In this document: positions 30,187 to 40,196 of the stretch, piece after piece
Numbering within the stretch: position 1 is the first letter of the stretch
Layout: the number at the start of each line of letters is the position of its first letter
Source of the DNA: Gammaproteobacteria bacterium
GTDB lineage: Bacteria > Pseudomonadota > Gammaproteobacteria > Pseudomonadales > Azotimanducaceae
Direction of reading: 5' to 3'
Length of the DNA: 64,000 nt
NCBI GenBank assembly: GCA_030828335.1
Contig: JAURCQ010000001.1
Span: forward strand, 1,492 to 65,491
Made by a program: the position numbers and the translations under genes
The notes under the pieces: model-generated
What the model saw: only the letters and a program-made list of their open reading frames with translations
What the model was told of the DNA's origin: nothing
The model's database searches: none

Positions 30187-30918
30187 TCACAGCACGCGCT
30201 CCGAGAGTTCAAGGAGCACCGTGTCGTCGCTCATGCCCTTCGGCGCGGGGAAGTCGGCTAGGCGAAGTAAACGTCGTCGCACGGCCAGATCAACCCAGCC
30301 GCCGGGGCGGAGCACGAGGGACAGCACGGGGCCGCTGGGGGCGGATACTTCGGCCCCCAGCTGCCCTCCCGCCCCGGGCGCCAACGTCGCGCTGAGGGGC
30401 GGGAACGTGGGCGCGTAGCTATTGCCCCCAAGGCGATAGCGCACTAGGCCACCGGTCCAGCGCAGGGCGCCGGACGCGCTTTCAAGCTGGTTTCCGTAGC
30501 CGGATAGCATGAGATCGCGACCCTGGAGCGTGCCCTCCGGCGCGATTGCATAAGGGGCCAGCGCGTCCTGGAGGGCTCGGCTATCGAGGGTCAGCCGTTG
30601 CACCGTCGCGCGCCAGCCGGTGGGGGAAAGCTCGGCGTCCGCCGTACCCTGAAGGGCGGGCCCCTGGAGGCTGAGGGTCACCGGGACGCCGTCGAGGCTG
30701 GTTGGGAGGCCCATGGCCCAGCGCAGCGTTCCCAGCCCTTGGCCTCGATAGGTGAGCTGGCTTTCCCCGCGAAGCAGGTGGCCCGCGGTGCCGCTGAAGC
30801 TTAAGGGACCTTGGCTTGGAAGGGGCAACCAGGCGGCGGGGGCTCGCAGGAACACCGTGAGGAGAAAGGCGCCGATCACCCAGGGGGCGCTGCGAAGCCA
30901 GGGCCTTACCCCTTCCAT
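30187..30918 (-). CDS. gspN: Type II secretion system protein GspN-like
   Basis: 243 aa read from the ATG at 30918, with an N-terminal TM (APWVIGAFLLTVFL). A LRWTGGLV...PPLSATL...LLRLADFP...DTVLLELSE pattern resembles the T2SS-N family. It lies adjacent to gspC and gspD. Confidence 0.55.
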   Translation of the reverse strand: MEGVRPWLRSAPWVIGAFLLTVFLRAPAAWLPLPSQGPLSFSGTAGHLLRGESQLTYRGQGLGTLRWAMGLPTSLDGVPVTLSLQGPALQGTADAELSPTGWRATVQRLTLDSRALQDALAPYAIAPEGTLQGRDLMLSGYGNQLESASGALRWTGGLVRYRLGGNSYAPTFPPLSATLAPGAGGQLGAEVSAPSGPVLSLVLRPGGWVDLAVRRRLLRLADFPAPKGMSDDTVLLELSERVL

Positions 30919-31280
30919 GGGATCTCTCGCCAGGCCTGCCCCTGCCCCTCGAAAAAGCGATCGCTTTCGAGGGCCTCCCCTTCCGCCCAGGGTTCGGCGG
31001 CATAGCGAAGCTTCGCCGCGGGAAAGGCGGCGGCGAGGGCTTCCCCGAGGGCCTGGTCCGTGCTCCAGGGGGTGAGGGCGGCGGGCTCGAGCCCAAGGGC
31101 ATGCCAAGCGCCGAGGGCTCGGGCGGTGAGACGAAGGGAGAGGTCCCCATGCTGCGCTGCCCAGCCCGCGCCCCGGGATGCGGGGGCGAGGGCGCCGCCC
31201 AGGGCCTCGCCCAACCAGCCACGCAGAGCGTCGTCTTGGATTCCCTGGAAATAAACTTCGAGGTCCGGTAGTTCGGGCAT
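30906..31280 (-). CDS. Hypothetical soluble Trp/Ala-rich protein (124 aa), function unknown
   Basis: MPELPDLEVYFQGIQDDALRGWLGE... In this frame the third codon positions are overwhelmingly G/C, as in neighbouring genes, whereas the competing frame (30581..31222) is Pro/Arg/Gly junk. Its last 13 nt overlap the gspN start. Confidence 0.5.
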   Translation of the reverse strand: MPELPDLEVYFQGIQDDALRGWLGEALGGALAPASRGAGWAAQHGDLSLRLTARALGAWHALGLEPAALTPWSTDQALGEALAAAFPAAKLRYAAEPWAEGEALESDRFFEGQGQAWREIPWKG

Positions 31281-31331
31281 GGCGGTTCTCTTCAAGCGCA
31301 GGCCGCACTGTGCGCGCGGCAGGTCACATTT

Positions 31332-32465
31332 TTATGACGGCAGTCGGGGCAGTAGGCGTTCCCCCAGAGCCTCGTAAACGTCCCGCAAGCGCGGCAGGTC
31401 CGCGGCGAGGACCCGCTCGTCGATTTTGTGGATCGTCGCATTCACGGGGCCCAGCTCCACCACCTCCATGCCCCGGGGCGCAAGGAACCGACCGTCGGAG
31501 GTGCCGCCGCCGGTGGACCTTTCGGGTTCGTAGCCCACAACCTGCGTGAGGGCCTGCTCCGTGGCCTCAATTAAGGGACCGCCATCGGTAAAGAAGGGCG
31601 GGCCCGAGAGGGCCCAGGTGAGCGTGTAGTCGCAATTTGCTTCCGTGAGGCATGCCTCAACGCGGGCTTGGAGCCCTTTCGGCGTTTGCCCGGGGTTGAA
31701 GCGAAAGTTCACCTCGGCGGTCAGGGCGCCGGGGATCACGTTGGTGGCGCCGGTCCCCGCATTCACATTGGAAATTTGAAAGGTGGTGGGGGGGAAGGGG
31801 CCGTAGCCCTCATCCCAGCGCTGCGCCACCACCGCCGCGAGGGGCGCCAGGGCTTCGTGAATGGGGTTTCGGGCCTTCTCCGGATAGGCCACGTGGCCCT
31901 GAACGCCCCGCACCTCAAGGTGGCCGCCTAGGGAACCGCGGCGGCCGACGCGAATCACGTCGCCGAGCTTTTCTGCGCTCGAGGGCTCCCCCACCACCAC
32001 CCATTGGGGTAGATCGCCCCGCGCTTCGAGCACATCGGCCACGTGCCGGGTCCCGAATTGGGCCGGTCCTTCTTCATCGCTGGTGAGGAGAAAGGCCAGC
32101 CGACCTGCCCGAGGGTGCTGGCAGAGGCGTTCGGCGGCGCAGACCATGGCGGCCAGGCTGCCCTTCATGTCCGCGGCCCCCCGGCCCCATAGCCACTCCC
32201 CGTCAAAGTGGCCTTCGAAGGGCGGATGGGTCCAGGCCGCCTCCGGCCCCGGCGGCACCACGTCGGTGTGGCCCGCAAAGGCCAGGGTCGGGCCGTCCGT
32301 GCCCCAAACCGCCCAGAGATTGGAGACGCCCCCTTCGTCCATGCGTTCGCAGTGGAAGCCGAGCGCCTCGAGGCGCTCGGCGATCAGGGTGAGGCACCCC
32401 GCGTCCTCTGGGGTCACGGAGGGGCGGCGGATCAGCGCCTGGGTGAGCGCGAGGGTGGGTTCCAT
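31332..32465 (-). CDS. dapE: Succinyl-diaminopimelate desuccinylase
   Basis: M20 peptidase motifs (GHTDVVP, GRGAADMKG, DEEG), 377 aa, adjacent to dapD. Confidence 0.9.
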   Translation of the reverse strand: MEPTLALTQALIRRPSVTPEDAGCLTLIAERLEALGFHCERMDEGGVSNLWAVWGTDGPTLAFAGHTDVVPPGPEAAWTHPPFEGHFDGEWLWGRGAADMKGSLAAMVCAAERLCQHPRAGRLAFLLTSDEEGPAQFGTRHVADVLEARGDLPQWVVVGEPSSAEKLGDVIRVGRRGSLGGHLEVRGVQGHVAYPEKARNPIHEALAPLAAVVAQRWDEGYGPFPPTTFQISNVNAGTGATNVIPGALTAEVNFRFNPGQTPKGLQARVEACLTEANCDYTLTWALSGPPFFTDGGPLIEATEQALTQVVGYEPERSTGGGTSDGRFLAPRGMEVVELGPVNATIHKIDERVLAADLPRLRDVYEALGERLLPRLPS

Positions 32466-32468
32466 GGC

Positions 32469-33488
32469 CTAGGCGCCCTGGTGAAGCATGGGGTTTAGGG
32501 CGATGGCTTGGCGATTGCTCCGGCATTCCACCGCCCCGGTTTCACTGTGGCGAATAAAGAGCATGTCGCTGCCGCCGGCAAGCTCCCGCGCCTTGCAGAC
32601 CCGAACCACGGCGCCCTCTTCATCGCGCAGGGTCACCCGGGTGCCCGGGGTGATGTAGAGGCCGGCCTCAATGGTGCAGCGATCCCCCAGGGGGATGCCC
32701 GTGCCGGCGTTGGCGCTAATGAGGCACGACTCCCCGATGGAGATGCGGGTGGTGCCGCCTCCGGATAGGGTGCCCGCGGTGCTGGCGGAGCCGCCCAGAT
32801 CCGAACCCTTGCCCACCACCACACCCTGGGAGATCCGTCCTTCGATCATCCCGCTGGCCAGGGTGCCGGCATTGAAGTTAATAAAGCCCTCGTGCATGAC
32901 CGTGGTGCCTTCCCCGAGATAGGCGCCCAGGCGAATGCGGCTGCCATCGCCCATACGTACCCCCGAGGGCACGACGAAGTCGGTCATGGTGGGGAATTTA
33001 TCCACGGCGAACACCTTTAGGGTGCGGCCAAGCAGGCGCGCGTTCAGCTGCCGTTCTTCTAGCTCTTCTAGGGCCAGGGCCCCTTCGCTGGTCCAGGCGA
33101 CGGTGGGCAAGGCCGCGAAGATGCCGTCGAGGTTCAGGCTGTTGGGCAGGCACAGACGGTGACTCAGGAGGTGAAGCTTGAGGTAGGCCTCGGCGGTCTC
33201 CGCGATGGGCCCGTCTTCCCCTAGGCAGGTGAGTAGTACCGGGCCCTGGGCCTTCAGCAGCGTGCTTGCTAGGGCCGCCGGGGCCGTTTCTCCGGCCTCG
33301 AGCCAGCCTTGGCAGAGGCGCTGGAGATCCAGCGGCGACAGCCGATGTACCCCAGCGGTGTCCAGCGCTGCGGCCCGGAGGCCAGCCAGGAGCCCGGCGC
33401 CGGGTGCGAGGATCGGCTTCGGGTAATAAACGGCCAGGACGGATCCCTGGGCATCCTGTTGAGCAAGACCGAGGGCTACGGCAAACAT
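32469..33488 (-). CDS. dapD: 2,3,4,5-tetrahydropyridine-2,6-dicarboxylate N-succinyltransferase (long form)
   Basis: 339 aa with a left-handed beta-helix hexapeptide region (GVRMGDGSRIRLGAYLGEGTTVMHEGFINFNAGT...). It holds the conserved position after glnD. Confidence 0.85.
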   Translation of the reverse strand: MFAVALGLAQQDAQGSVLAVYYPKPILAPGAGLLAGLRAAALDTAGVHRLSPLDLQRLCQGWLEAGETAPAALASTLLKAQGPVLLTCLGEDGPIAETAEAYLKLHLLSHRLCLPNSLNLDGIFAALPTVAWTSEGALALEELEERQLNARLLGRTLKVFAVDKFPTMTDFVVPSGVRMGDGSRIRLGAYLGEGTTVMHEGFINFNAGTLASGMIEGRISQGVVVGKGSDLGGSASTAGTLSGGGTTRISIGESCLISANAGTGIPLGDRCTIEAGLYITPGTRVTLRDEEGAVVRVCKARELAGGSDMLFIRHSETGAVECRSNRQAIALNPMLHQGA

Positions 33489-33496
33489 GGTGACTC

Positions 33497-36160
33497 CTAG
33501 CTTTGGGGGGCGCGCTGCCCCGGCGTTTGGTCGAAGGCTTCATCCAGGCGTTGGCGGATGGTGTCCTGAAGCCGGGCCAGGGTGGCGGGATCGGTTATGG
33601 GCTCCCGGTCTTCCCCGGTGATGTAAAAGACGTCGTCGATGCGTTCGCCGAGGGTTGCGATCTTGGCGCCCTGAAGCGAAATCCCTTCTTCCAGGAAGAT
33701 CAGCCCAAGGCGGGCGAGGAGCCCGGGACGATCGTTGGCCACCACGCGCAGATCCGTCACCGGGGTGCGTGGATCGTTCTCCACGAACACCTCCGTAGGG
33801 GTTTGGAAAGCCCGGAGGGCCCGGGGAATGCGCCGGCGCACCACGTCTGGGAAGGCATTGGGCTCCGCGAGGACTTCCCGAAGGGTGGCCTCCAAATGGC
33901 GCTGAGCGCCCTCGTCGGTGAGGGGCGTGCCGGCATCCGTCAGCACCATGAAGCTGTTGAAGCATTCCGCGCTGCCGGTGGTGTGCACCCGGGCTTCATG
34001 AACCGAGAGGTCCTGCTGATCGAGGATGGCCGCCGTAGCGGCAAACAGGTTGGCCTGGTCATGGGCAAAGATGAAAACTTGGGTCGCGCCCTCATGGGCC
34101 CCACCGGCCTGGGTGTAGGTGCGCACGCGCACCAGGGGCCCGTTGGCTTCGAGGTTATGGCTCAGCGCCGCCTCGAGCTGCCACACAATGTCCTCAACCT
34201 CGAGGCGCAGGAAGTAGTCCTCGTCCGTTTCACTAAAGAACGCTGCCACGGCCCCTGCTTCGATGCCCCGGGTCGCCAGGGCGTCGAGAGCGGCTTGCCG
34301 GGTGCTGGCGATCCAGTCTTCTCGGTCCGGGACGGCCGTGCCATGGGCCGCAAGCAACTGGCGAGTTTCCTCGAACAGCTGACGCATGAGGGTGGCGCGC
34401 CAGCTATTCCAAAGAGATGGGTTGGTGGCGTTAATGTCCGCCACCGTGAGCGCGTAGAGATAGCGGAGGCGCTCCTCTGTTTTGACTTCCTCGGCGAAGG
34501 CGGTAAGCACCTCGGGGTCGCTGATGTCCTTGCGCTGTGCGACATCGGACATGAGGAGGTGCTGGCGGACGAGCCAGCTGACCAGTTCCCGGTCGGCGGG
34601 TTCGAGGCCGTGGCGTTGGGCAAACGCTTCGACGTCCTCGGCGCCCAGGGTGGAGTGGTCGCCCCCGCGCCCCTTCGCAATATCGTGGTAGAGCCCCGCA
34701 ATATAGAGAAGCTCGGGCTTGGGAATTTGGCGCATGCACTCGTGGGCCACGGGGTAGCGGTCCTGGGCGCTCTCGTAGAGAAAGCGCCGCAGGTTCCGCA
34801 GGAGCAGCATGGTGTGCGCGTCTACCGTATAGATGTGGAAGAGATCGTGCTGCATCTGCCCGATGATGCGGCCGAATTCCGGTAGGTAGCGACCGAGCAC
34901 GCCGTAGCGCCGCATGCGCGTGAGCTGGGAAACCAGCCGGTGGGGGCTTCGCAGCAGGGCCAGGAAGCAGGCGCTGTTCTCGGGGTCCGCCCTAAAGGCA
35001 TCGTCGATGAGGTCCAGGCTCTGGCGAATCATGCGGATCGTCGAGGCCCGGACGCGATCGATGTCCTCCCGGTTGGCGAGGATGACAAAAAGCTCGAGGA
35101 GGGCTCGGGGGCGTGCGCTGAAGACGTCGTCGCGGCGTGCGGCCAGCGTATGGCCCTGAACCTCGAAGTCCTCGTTGATGATTTCCCGGGGCTCGGCCAC
35201 AGCCGGGGAAACGATGGCTTCGTCAAAGTGCTGAAGGATGAGGTCGTTTAGCTCCCGGAGCGCAAGCACATGAACATAGTAGTCGTGCATGAAGCGCTCA
35301 ACGGCAAGCTGACCGCCGCTGTCTTCGTAGCCAAAGAGGGTCGCGAGCTGCCGCTGGTAGTCGAAGCGAAGCTGCTCCTCGGCGCGCTTCGCCAGCATGT
35401 GCAGGCCCCAGCGCACCTTCCACAGAAAGTCCCGGCCCTGGAGCAGCGCCAAGAGCTCGTCGGCGGTGAGGAAACCAAGGCTAATCAAGTGTTCAAAATC
35501 GTTGGTGCCGTAATGGTGCCGGGCTACCCAGCCGAGCATTTGGATATCCCGAAGGCCCCCGGGACCATTCTTGACGTTGGGCTCGAGGTTGTACTCCGTA
35601 TTGTCGTAGCGCCGGTGCCGCTCGTTTTGCTCTTGAAGCTTGGCATCAAAGAACGTGGAGTCGGGCCACAGCTTCGCTTGGCTCAGCCGTTCCCCTAGCT
35701 GGAGGCGCAGGCGCTGGGCGCCGACCAAGGTGCGCGTTTCCAGCAGGTTGGTCATAACCGAGACATCCTGCCGAGCCTCTTCCACGCACTCGCTTAGGGT
35801 GCGGACGCTGTGCCCAATGGTCGTGCCCAAATCCCAGAGGCTGTGAAGAAAGGCCTCGAGGACGCCCTTCAGCTCGGCGTCTGGGGGCTCGGCGAGGAGG
35901 ATGAGGATGTCGATATCGCTAAAGGGGTGGAGTTCCCCCCGGCCGTAGCCCCCCACGGCCAGCAGGGCGAGGGGCGGGTCGCCCTGATCCCCGGCCCGGG
36001 GCCAGGGGTGGGTGTTAAAGAGTTCCGTGAGGGCCGAGTCAAAGAGGCTCGCCCGGGCTCGAAGCAGAGCCGACACCTCGGCCCCCTGGCTAAACTGTTG
36101 ATCGAGCTGGGCCTGACTGTCCTGGAGCCGGCGCCGGGGACTGACCAGGGGGGCGGTCAC
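33497..36160 (-). CDS. glnD: Bifunctional [protein-PII] uridylyltransferase / uridylyl-removing enzyme GlnD
   Basis: NTase motif GGYGRGELHPFSDIDILIL, an HD domain (LYHDIAKG) and two C-terminal ACT domains. I chose the GTG at 36160, which overlaps the map stop (GTGA). That gives ~887 aa rather than the 910-aa track ORF. Confidence 0.9.
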   Translation of the reverse strand: MTAPLVSPRRRLQDSQAQLDQQFSQGAEVSALLRARASLFDSALTELFNTHPWPRAGDQGDPPLALLAVGGYGRGELHPFSDIDILILLAEPPDAELKGVLEAFLHSLWDLGTTIGHSVRTLSECVEEARQDVSVMTNLLETRTLVGAQRLRLQLGERLSQAKLWPDSTFFDAKLQEQNERHRRYDNTEYNLEPNVKNGPGGLRDIQMLGWVARHHYGTNDFEHLISLGFLTADELLALLQGRDFLWKVRWGLHMLAKRAEEQLRFDYQRQLATLFGYEDSGGQLAVERFMHDYYVHVLALRELNDLILQHFDEAIVSPAVAEPREIINEDFEVQGHTLAARRDDVFSARPRALLELFVILANREDIDRVRASTIRMIRQSLDLIDDAFRADPENSACFLALLRSPHRLVSQLTRMRRYGVLGRYLPEFGRIIGQMQHDLFHIYTVDAHTMLLLRNLRRFLYESAQDRYPVAHECMRQIPKPELLYIAGLYHDIAKGRGGDHSTLGAEDVEAFAQRHGLEPADRELVSWLVRQHLLMSDVAQRKDISDPEVLTAFAEEVKTEERLRYLYALTVADINATNPSLWNSWRATLMRQLFEETRQLLAAHGTAVPDREDWIASTRQAALDALATRGIEAGAVAAFFSETDEDYFLRLEVEDIVWQLEAALSHNLEANGPLVRVRTYTQAGGAHEGATQVFIFAHDQANLFAATAAILDQQDLSVHEARVHTTGSAECFNSFMVLTDAGTPLTDEGAQRHLEATLREVLAEPNAFPDVVRRRIPRALRAFQTPTEVFVENDPRTPVTDLRVVANDRPGLLARLGLIFLEEGISLQGAKIATLGERIDDVFYITGEDREPITDPATLARLQDTIRQRLDEAFDQTPGQRAPQS

Positions 36161-36948
36161 AGCGTTTCTTCGCTCCGGCGGGTGAGGATCTCCGCTCCGT
36201 CGGCCGTGACCAGGAGCGTGTGCTCCCACTGCGCCGAGGGCTTGTGATCCTTCGTCACTACGGTCCAGCCGTCTTTCAGAAGCTTCACCTCCCGGCGCCC
36301 GGCGTTGATCATGGGTTCGATGGTGAAGGTCATGCCTTCCTTCAATACTTCACCTGTTCCGGGGCGGCCGTAGTGAAGGATTTGCGGCGGCTCGTGGAAG
36401 CCCCGGCCAATGCCGTGCCCACAGTACTCGCGCACCACGGAAAAGCGCTGGGCTTCCGCGTGGCGTTGAATGACGTGACCGATATCTCCCAGGGTGGCCC
36501 CGGGGCGCACGGCTTCGATGCCCAGGTAGAGGCACTCCTGGGCCACCCGGCTGAGCCGCTCCCCGAGGACGCTCCCCGTGCCCCCGACGATGAACATCTT
36601 CGACGTATCCCCATGCCAGCCATCCTTAATCACGGTGACGTCGATGTTCAAAAGGTCGCCCCGCTTCAGCGCCTTCCCTTCCGTAGGAATGCCGTGGCAT
36701 ACGACGTGGTTCACGGAGGTGCAGACGGAGGCGGGAAAGGGCGTTTGCCCCGGGGCCCCGCGGTAGTTGAGGGGGGCAGGGATGCAGCTGAGCGCCTCCA
36801 CGATGAAGCGGTGACATCGGGCGTTGAGGGCGGCGGTGGTGACCCCGGGAACGACGTAGGGGGTGATCATCTCCAGTACGGAGGCGGCGGCTGCGCCAGC
36901 AGCGCGCATGCCGGCAATCTCCTCCGGCGTCTTTAGCGAGTCGGCCAT
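36157..36948 (-). CDS. map: Type I methionine aminopeptidase
   Basis: MADSLKTPEEIAGMRAAG..., with metal-ligand contexts NHVVCHGIP, DVTVIKDGWHGD, CGHGIG, FTIEPM and QWEHT. I trimmed the start to the ATG at 36948. Confidence 0.9.
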   Translation of the reverse strand: MADSLKTPEEIAGMRAAGAAAASVLEMITPYVVPGVTTAALNARCHRFIVEALSCIPAPLNYRGAPGQTPFPASVCTSVNHVVCHGIPTEGKALKRGDLLNIDVTVIKDGWHGDTSKMFIVGGTGSVLGERLSRVAQECLYLGIEAVRPGATLGDIGHVIQRHAEAQRFSVVREYCGHGIGRGFHEPPQILHYGRPGTGEVLKEGMTFTIEPMINAGRREVKLLKDGWTVVTKDHKPSAQWEHTLLVTADGAEILTRRSEETL

Positions 36949-36995
36949 GATTCGTGCCTTCGAACGGTGGCGGCTTTCGCCGCGCAGGGGGTTTG

Positions 36996-37175
36996 TGCTA
37001 TAACGCGCGCCGCGGACGGGCGGCAGCAGCGGGAATCGCCCCAAGCATACCTTGAATCGCCCATCCTTCGCTGCTGGAAGGGGGCAAAAATACGCACACG
37101 CTTCGACACACCTTGCTGGGGTGCCCCTTGGGGTCGGCAGGTGGGGGGCGTGGAGGCCTAACCCGGAGAAAAACC
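36996..37175 (+). promoter_or_regulatory. Candidate rpsB extended -10 promoter (TGcTATAAC, 36996-37004) plus a ~165-nt 5' leader
   Basis: tgtgctataac was read directly. E. coli rpsB-tsf is driven by an extended -10 promoter (TGTGGTATAAA-like) with a ~160-nt structured leader used for S2 autoregulation. The position and spacing here are analogous. Confidence 0.45.
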
Positions 37176-37934
37176 GTGACCGACATTAGCATGCGCGATT
37201 TGCTGCAGGCGGGGGTGCATTTTGGGCACCAAACCCGTTACTGGAACCCGAAGATGGCGAACTTTATCTTCGGCGCTCGTAACAAGATCCACATCATCAA
37301 CCTCGAAGAGACGCTCCCGCGCTTCCGTAGCGCGCTGGACGAAGTCCGCCGCATGGGCGCGAAAAAGAACAAGCTGCTCTTCGTGGGCACCAAGCGTGCC
37401 GCGGCGAAGATCGTTCGCGAGCAAGCGAGCCGCGCCGGCATGCCCTACGTCGATCAGCGCTGGCTCGGCGGCATGCTCACCAACTACAAAACCATTCGCC
37501 AATCCATCAAGCGCCTCCGGGATCTTGAGATGGAAGCCAGCGATGGCACCTTCGAAAAGCTCACCAAGCGGGAAGCGCTCATGCGCACCCGGGAAATGGA
37601 GAAGCTCGAGCGCTCCATTGGTGGCATTAAGGACATGGGCGGCCTGCCGGACGCGCTCTTCGTGATCGACGTCGAGCACGAGCGCATCGCCATCAGCGAA
37701 GCCAACAAGCTGGGGATCCCGGTCATTGGTATCGTGGATACGAACAGCAACCCCGATGGCGTTGATTACGTCATTCCCGGGAACGACGATGCCATTCGGG
37801 CCATCCGCCTCTATGTGGCGGCCTTTGCCGATGCGATCTCCGCCGGTAAGCACTCCGCTTCTGGGGATGTGTCTGCCGATGAGTTCGTCGAAGTGGAAGA
37901 AGACAGCGCTGCTGCGCCGGCCACCGAGGCCTAG
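37176..37934 (+). CDS. rpsB: 30S ribosomal protein S2
   Basis: [27 protein letters not shown]... follows the same M-x3-S-M-R-D layout as E. coli S2. A GGAGA RBS lies upstream of the GTG at 37176. Confidence 0.95.
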   Translation: MTDISMRDLLQAGVHFGHQTRYWNPKMANFIFGARNKIHIINLEETLPRFRSALDEVRRMGAKKNKLLFVGTKRAAAKIVREQASRAGMPYVDQRWLGGMLTNYKTIRQSIKRLRDLEMEASDGTFEKLTKREALMRTREMEKLERSIGGIKDMGGLPDALFVIDVEHERIAISEANKLGIPVIGIVDTNSNPDGVDYVIPGNDDAIRAIRLYVAAFADAISAGKHSASGDVSADEFVEVEEDSAAAPATEA

Positions 37935-37951
37935 GTCCAGTTCCTTTCAGG

Positions 37952-37970
37952 GGGCGCGCCTGGCGCGCCC
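37952..37970 (+). other. GC-rich palindrome/hairpin in the rpsB-tsf spacer
   Basis: gggcgcgcc-t-ggcgcgccc is a near-perfect 19-nt palindrome with no T-tract. It could be an intra-operon attenuator or RNA-processing hairpin. Confidence 0.4.
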
Positions 37971-37999
37971 AAATCAGGTCAATTAGCGAGGATAGGCAC

Positions 38000-38863
38000 G
38001 TGGCAATTACCGCAGCCATGGTTAAGGAGCTCCGGGAACGGACCGGGCTCGGCATGATGGATTGTAAAAAAGCGCTGGTGGCATCCGAGGGGGACCTCGA
38101 GCTCGCCATTGAGCAGCTGCGTAAGGACGGGGCCCTGAAGGCCGCGAAAAAAGCCGGCCGTACTGCCGCAGAGGGCCTCCTGGGGCTTCGCGTCGCCGAC
38201 GACGGCTCTTCTGCCGCCCTGGTTGAGGTCAACATCGAAACGGACTTTGCCGCCCGCAACGAGCGTTTCATTGCGTGGGTGCAGCGGGTTGCCGATCTGG
38301 CCTTCGAGGCCGGCTCGGACGACGTCGCCGCGCTGCTGGAGGCTGGCCTCGAGGGCGAGCGCGAAGCGCTGGTGCAGGAAATTGGTGAAAACATCACCGT
38401 GCGCCGCATTGCTCGGGTCACCGGTGCTCGGGTGGCGGCCTATGTGCACGCCGATAACCGTAAGGGCGCGCTTGTGGGTCTCTCGGCGGGGGATGAAGCC
38501 CTCGGCAAGGATCTCGCCATGCATGTCGTGGCTCTGAATCCGAAGGTCGCGACGCCGGAAGCGCTCGACCCGGCAGATCTCGCCAAGGAGCGGGAAATCT
38601 ACGAGGCGCAAGCGGCGGAGAGTGGTAAGCCCGCCGAGATCGTCGCCAAGATGGTCGAAGGCCGCGTGAACAAGTACAAGGCCGAGGTCAGCATGACGGA
38701 ACAGCCCTTCGTGAAGGACGGTAACGTCAAGGTCAAGGACCTCCTAAAAGACGCCGGCGCCGCCCTCGAAACGATGATTCGCTTTGAAGTGGGCGAAGGC
38801 ATCGAAAAGGAAGAAACGGACTTCGCTGCTGAGGTAGCGGCACAGGTTCGCGGCGAGGCCTAG
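38000..38863 (+). CDS. tsf: Elongation factor Ts
   Basis: [25 protein letters not shown] (UBA-like N-domain), 287 aa, GTG start. Confidence 0.95.
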   Translation: MAITAAMVKELRERTGLGMMDCKKALVASEGDLELAIEQLRKDGALKAAKKAGRTAAEGLLGLRVADDGSSAALVEVNIETDFAARNERFIAWVQRVADLAFEAGSDDVAALLEAGLEGEREALVQEIGENITVRRIARVTGARVAAYVHADNRKGALVGLSAGDEALGKDLAMHVVALNPKVATPEALDPADLAKEREIYEAQAAESGKPAEIVAKMVEGRVNKYKAEVSMTEQPFVKDGNVKVKDLLKDAGAALETMIRFEVGEGIEKEETDFAAEVAAQVRGEA

Positions 38864-38888
38864 CCTCGCTGGACAAGAGGGTCGGGTC

Positions 38889-39626
38889 ATGTCGAAGCAC
38901 TCCAGAACGCTGAAGTACCGTCGTATTCTGCTCAAGCTGAGCGGCGAGGCGCTCATGGGGGATCAGAACTTCGGCATTGACCCGAAGGTCCTCGATCGCA
39001 TGGCCGTGGAAATTGGCCAGCTCATTGGGGTTGGGGTGCAGGTTGGCCTTGTGGTGGGGGGCGGTAACCTGTTCCGAGGGGCCGCCCTGAATGCTGCGGG
39101 CCTCGACCGGGTGACCGGCGATCACATGGGCATGCTGGCCACGGTCATGAACTGCCTGGCCATGCGCGATGCCCTAGAGCGGGCCAATATCTCTGCCTCC
39201 GTCATGTCCTCCATCCCCATGAGCGGGATCGTGGAGCATTACGATCGGCGCCGAGCCATTCGCTATCTCGAGCAGGGCGACGTAGTGCTCTTCGCTGCCG
39301 GCACGGGGAACCCCTTCTTTACGACGGATTCCGCGGCGTGCCTCCGCGGCATCGAAATTGATGCGGACGTGGTCATGAAGGCCACCAAGGTCGACGGCGT
39401 TTACACCGCCGACCCCGTTCTAGATCCCTCGGCAGAGCTGCTACCGACCCTAACCTACGATGACGTCCTTGAGCGGGACCTCGGCGTTATGGACCTCACG
39501 GCCATTTGCCTGTGCCGGGACCACGCCATGCCCCTGCGGGTGTTCAATATGGGTAAGGTGGGCGTGCTGCTCAAGCTCATGCTGGGCGAGGAGGACGGCA
39601 CCCTAATCCAAGGAGATGCACGGTGA
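38889..39626 (+). CDS. pyrH: UMP kinase
   Basis: [13 protein letters not shown]...GGGNLFRG...[16 protein letters not shown] motifs. Confidence 0.95.
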   Translation: MSKHSRTLKYRRILLKLSGEALMGDQNFGIDPKVLDRMAVEIGQLIGVGVQVGLVVGGGNLFRGAALNAAGLDRVTGDHMGMLATVMNCLAMRDALERANISASVMSSIPMSGIVEHYDRRRAIRYLEQGDVVLFAAGTGNPFFTTDSAACLRGIEIDADVVMKATKVDGVYTADPVLDPSAELLPTLTYDDVLERDLGVMDLTAICLCRDHAMPLRVFNMGKVGVLLKLMLGEEDGTLIQGDAR

Positions 39627-40180
39627 TCGACGAGATTAAGGACGATACGGAAACGCGCATGGAAAAAAGCGTGGCGGCCCTGGAAACGGCCTTTGCACGC
39701 ATCCGCACCGGGCGAGCCAGCCCTGCGCTCCTGGACGACATCAAGATTGATTATTACGGAACGCCTACGCCCTTAAATCAGGTGGCCAGCGTGACCGTGG
39801 AAGAATCCCGGGCCCTTTTGATCTCCCCCTGGGAGAAGAAGCTCGTGCCCCAGATCGAGCGGGCGATCTTAAAGAGCGATCTGGGCTTAACCCCCAATGC
39901 CACGGCGGACGTCATTCGCCTGCCCATGCCGCCCCTGACCGAGGAGACGCGGCGTGACCTGGGAAAGCAGGCTCGGGCGGAAGCGGAGCATGCGCGGGTT
40001 TCCGTGCGCAACGTGCGCCGGGATAGCAACAGTCAGATCAAAGAGCTCCTGAAGGAGAAGATGATTAGCGAGGATGACGCTCGCCGCGCCGAGGAAACGA
40101 TCCAGAAGATCACCGATCGTTTCATTGCGGAAGTCGACAAGCGCCTCGAAAGCAAGGAAGCTGATCTCCTCGAGATCTAA
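39623..40180 (+). CDS. frr: Ribosome recycling factor
   Basis: 185 aa, ...[15 protein letters not shown]...[11 protein letters not shown]...ISEDD.... GTGA overlap with pyrH. Confidence 0.95.
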   Translation: MIDEIKDDTETRMEKSVAALETAFARIRTGRASPALLDDIKIDYYGTPTPLNQVASVTVEESRALLISPWEKKLVPQIERAILKSDLGLTPNATADVIRLPMPPLTEETRRDLGKQARAEAEHARVSVRNVRRDSNSQIKELLKEKMISEDDARRAEETIQKITDRFIAEVDKRLESKEADLLEI

Positions 40181-40196
40181 GACACGAGGCCTCCCC

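Noticed and set aside
30581-31222. A 213-aa ORF overlapping the gspN start and the hypothetical gene in another frame.
   Set aside because: It has a Pro/Gly/Arg/Ser-rich low-complexity translation and lacks the third-position G/C bias shown by the competing frames.
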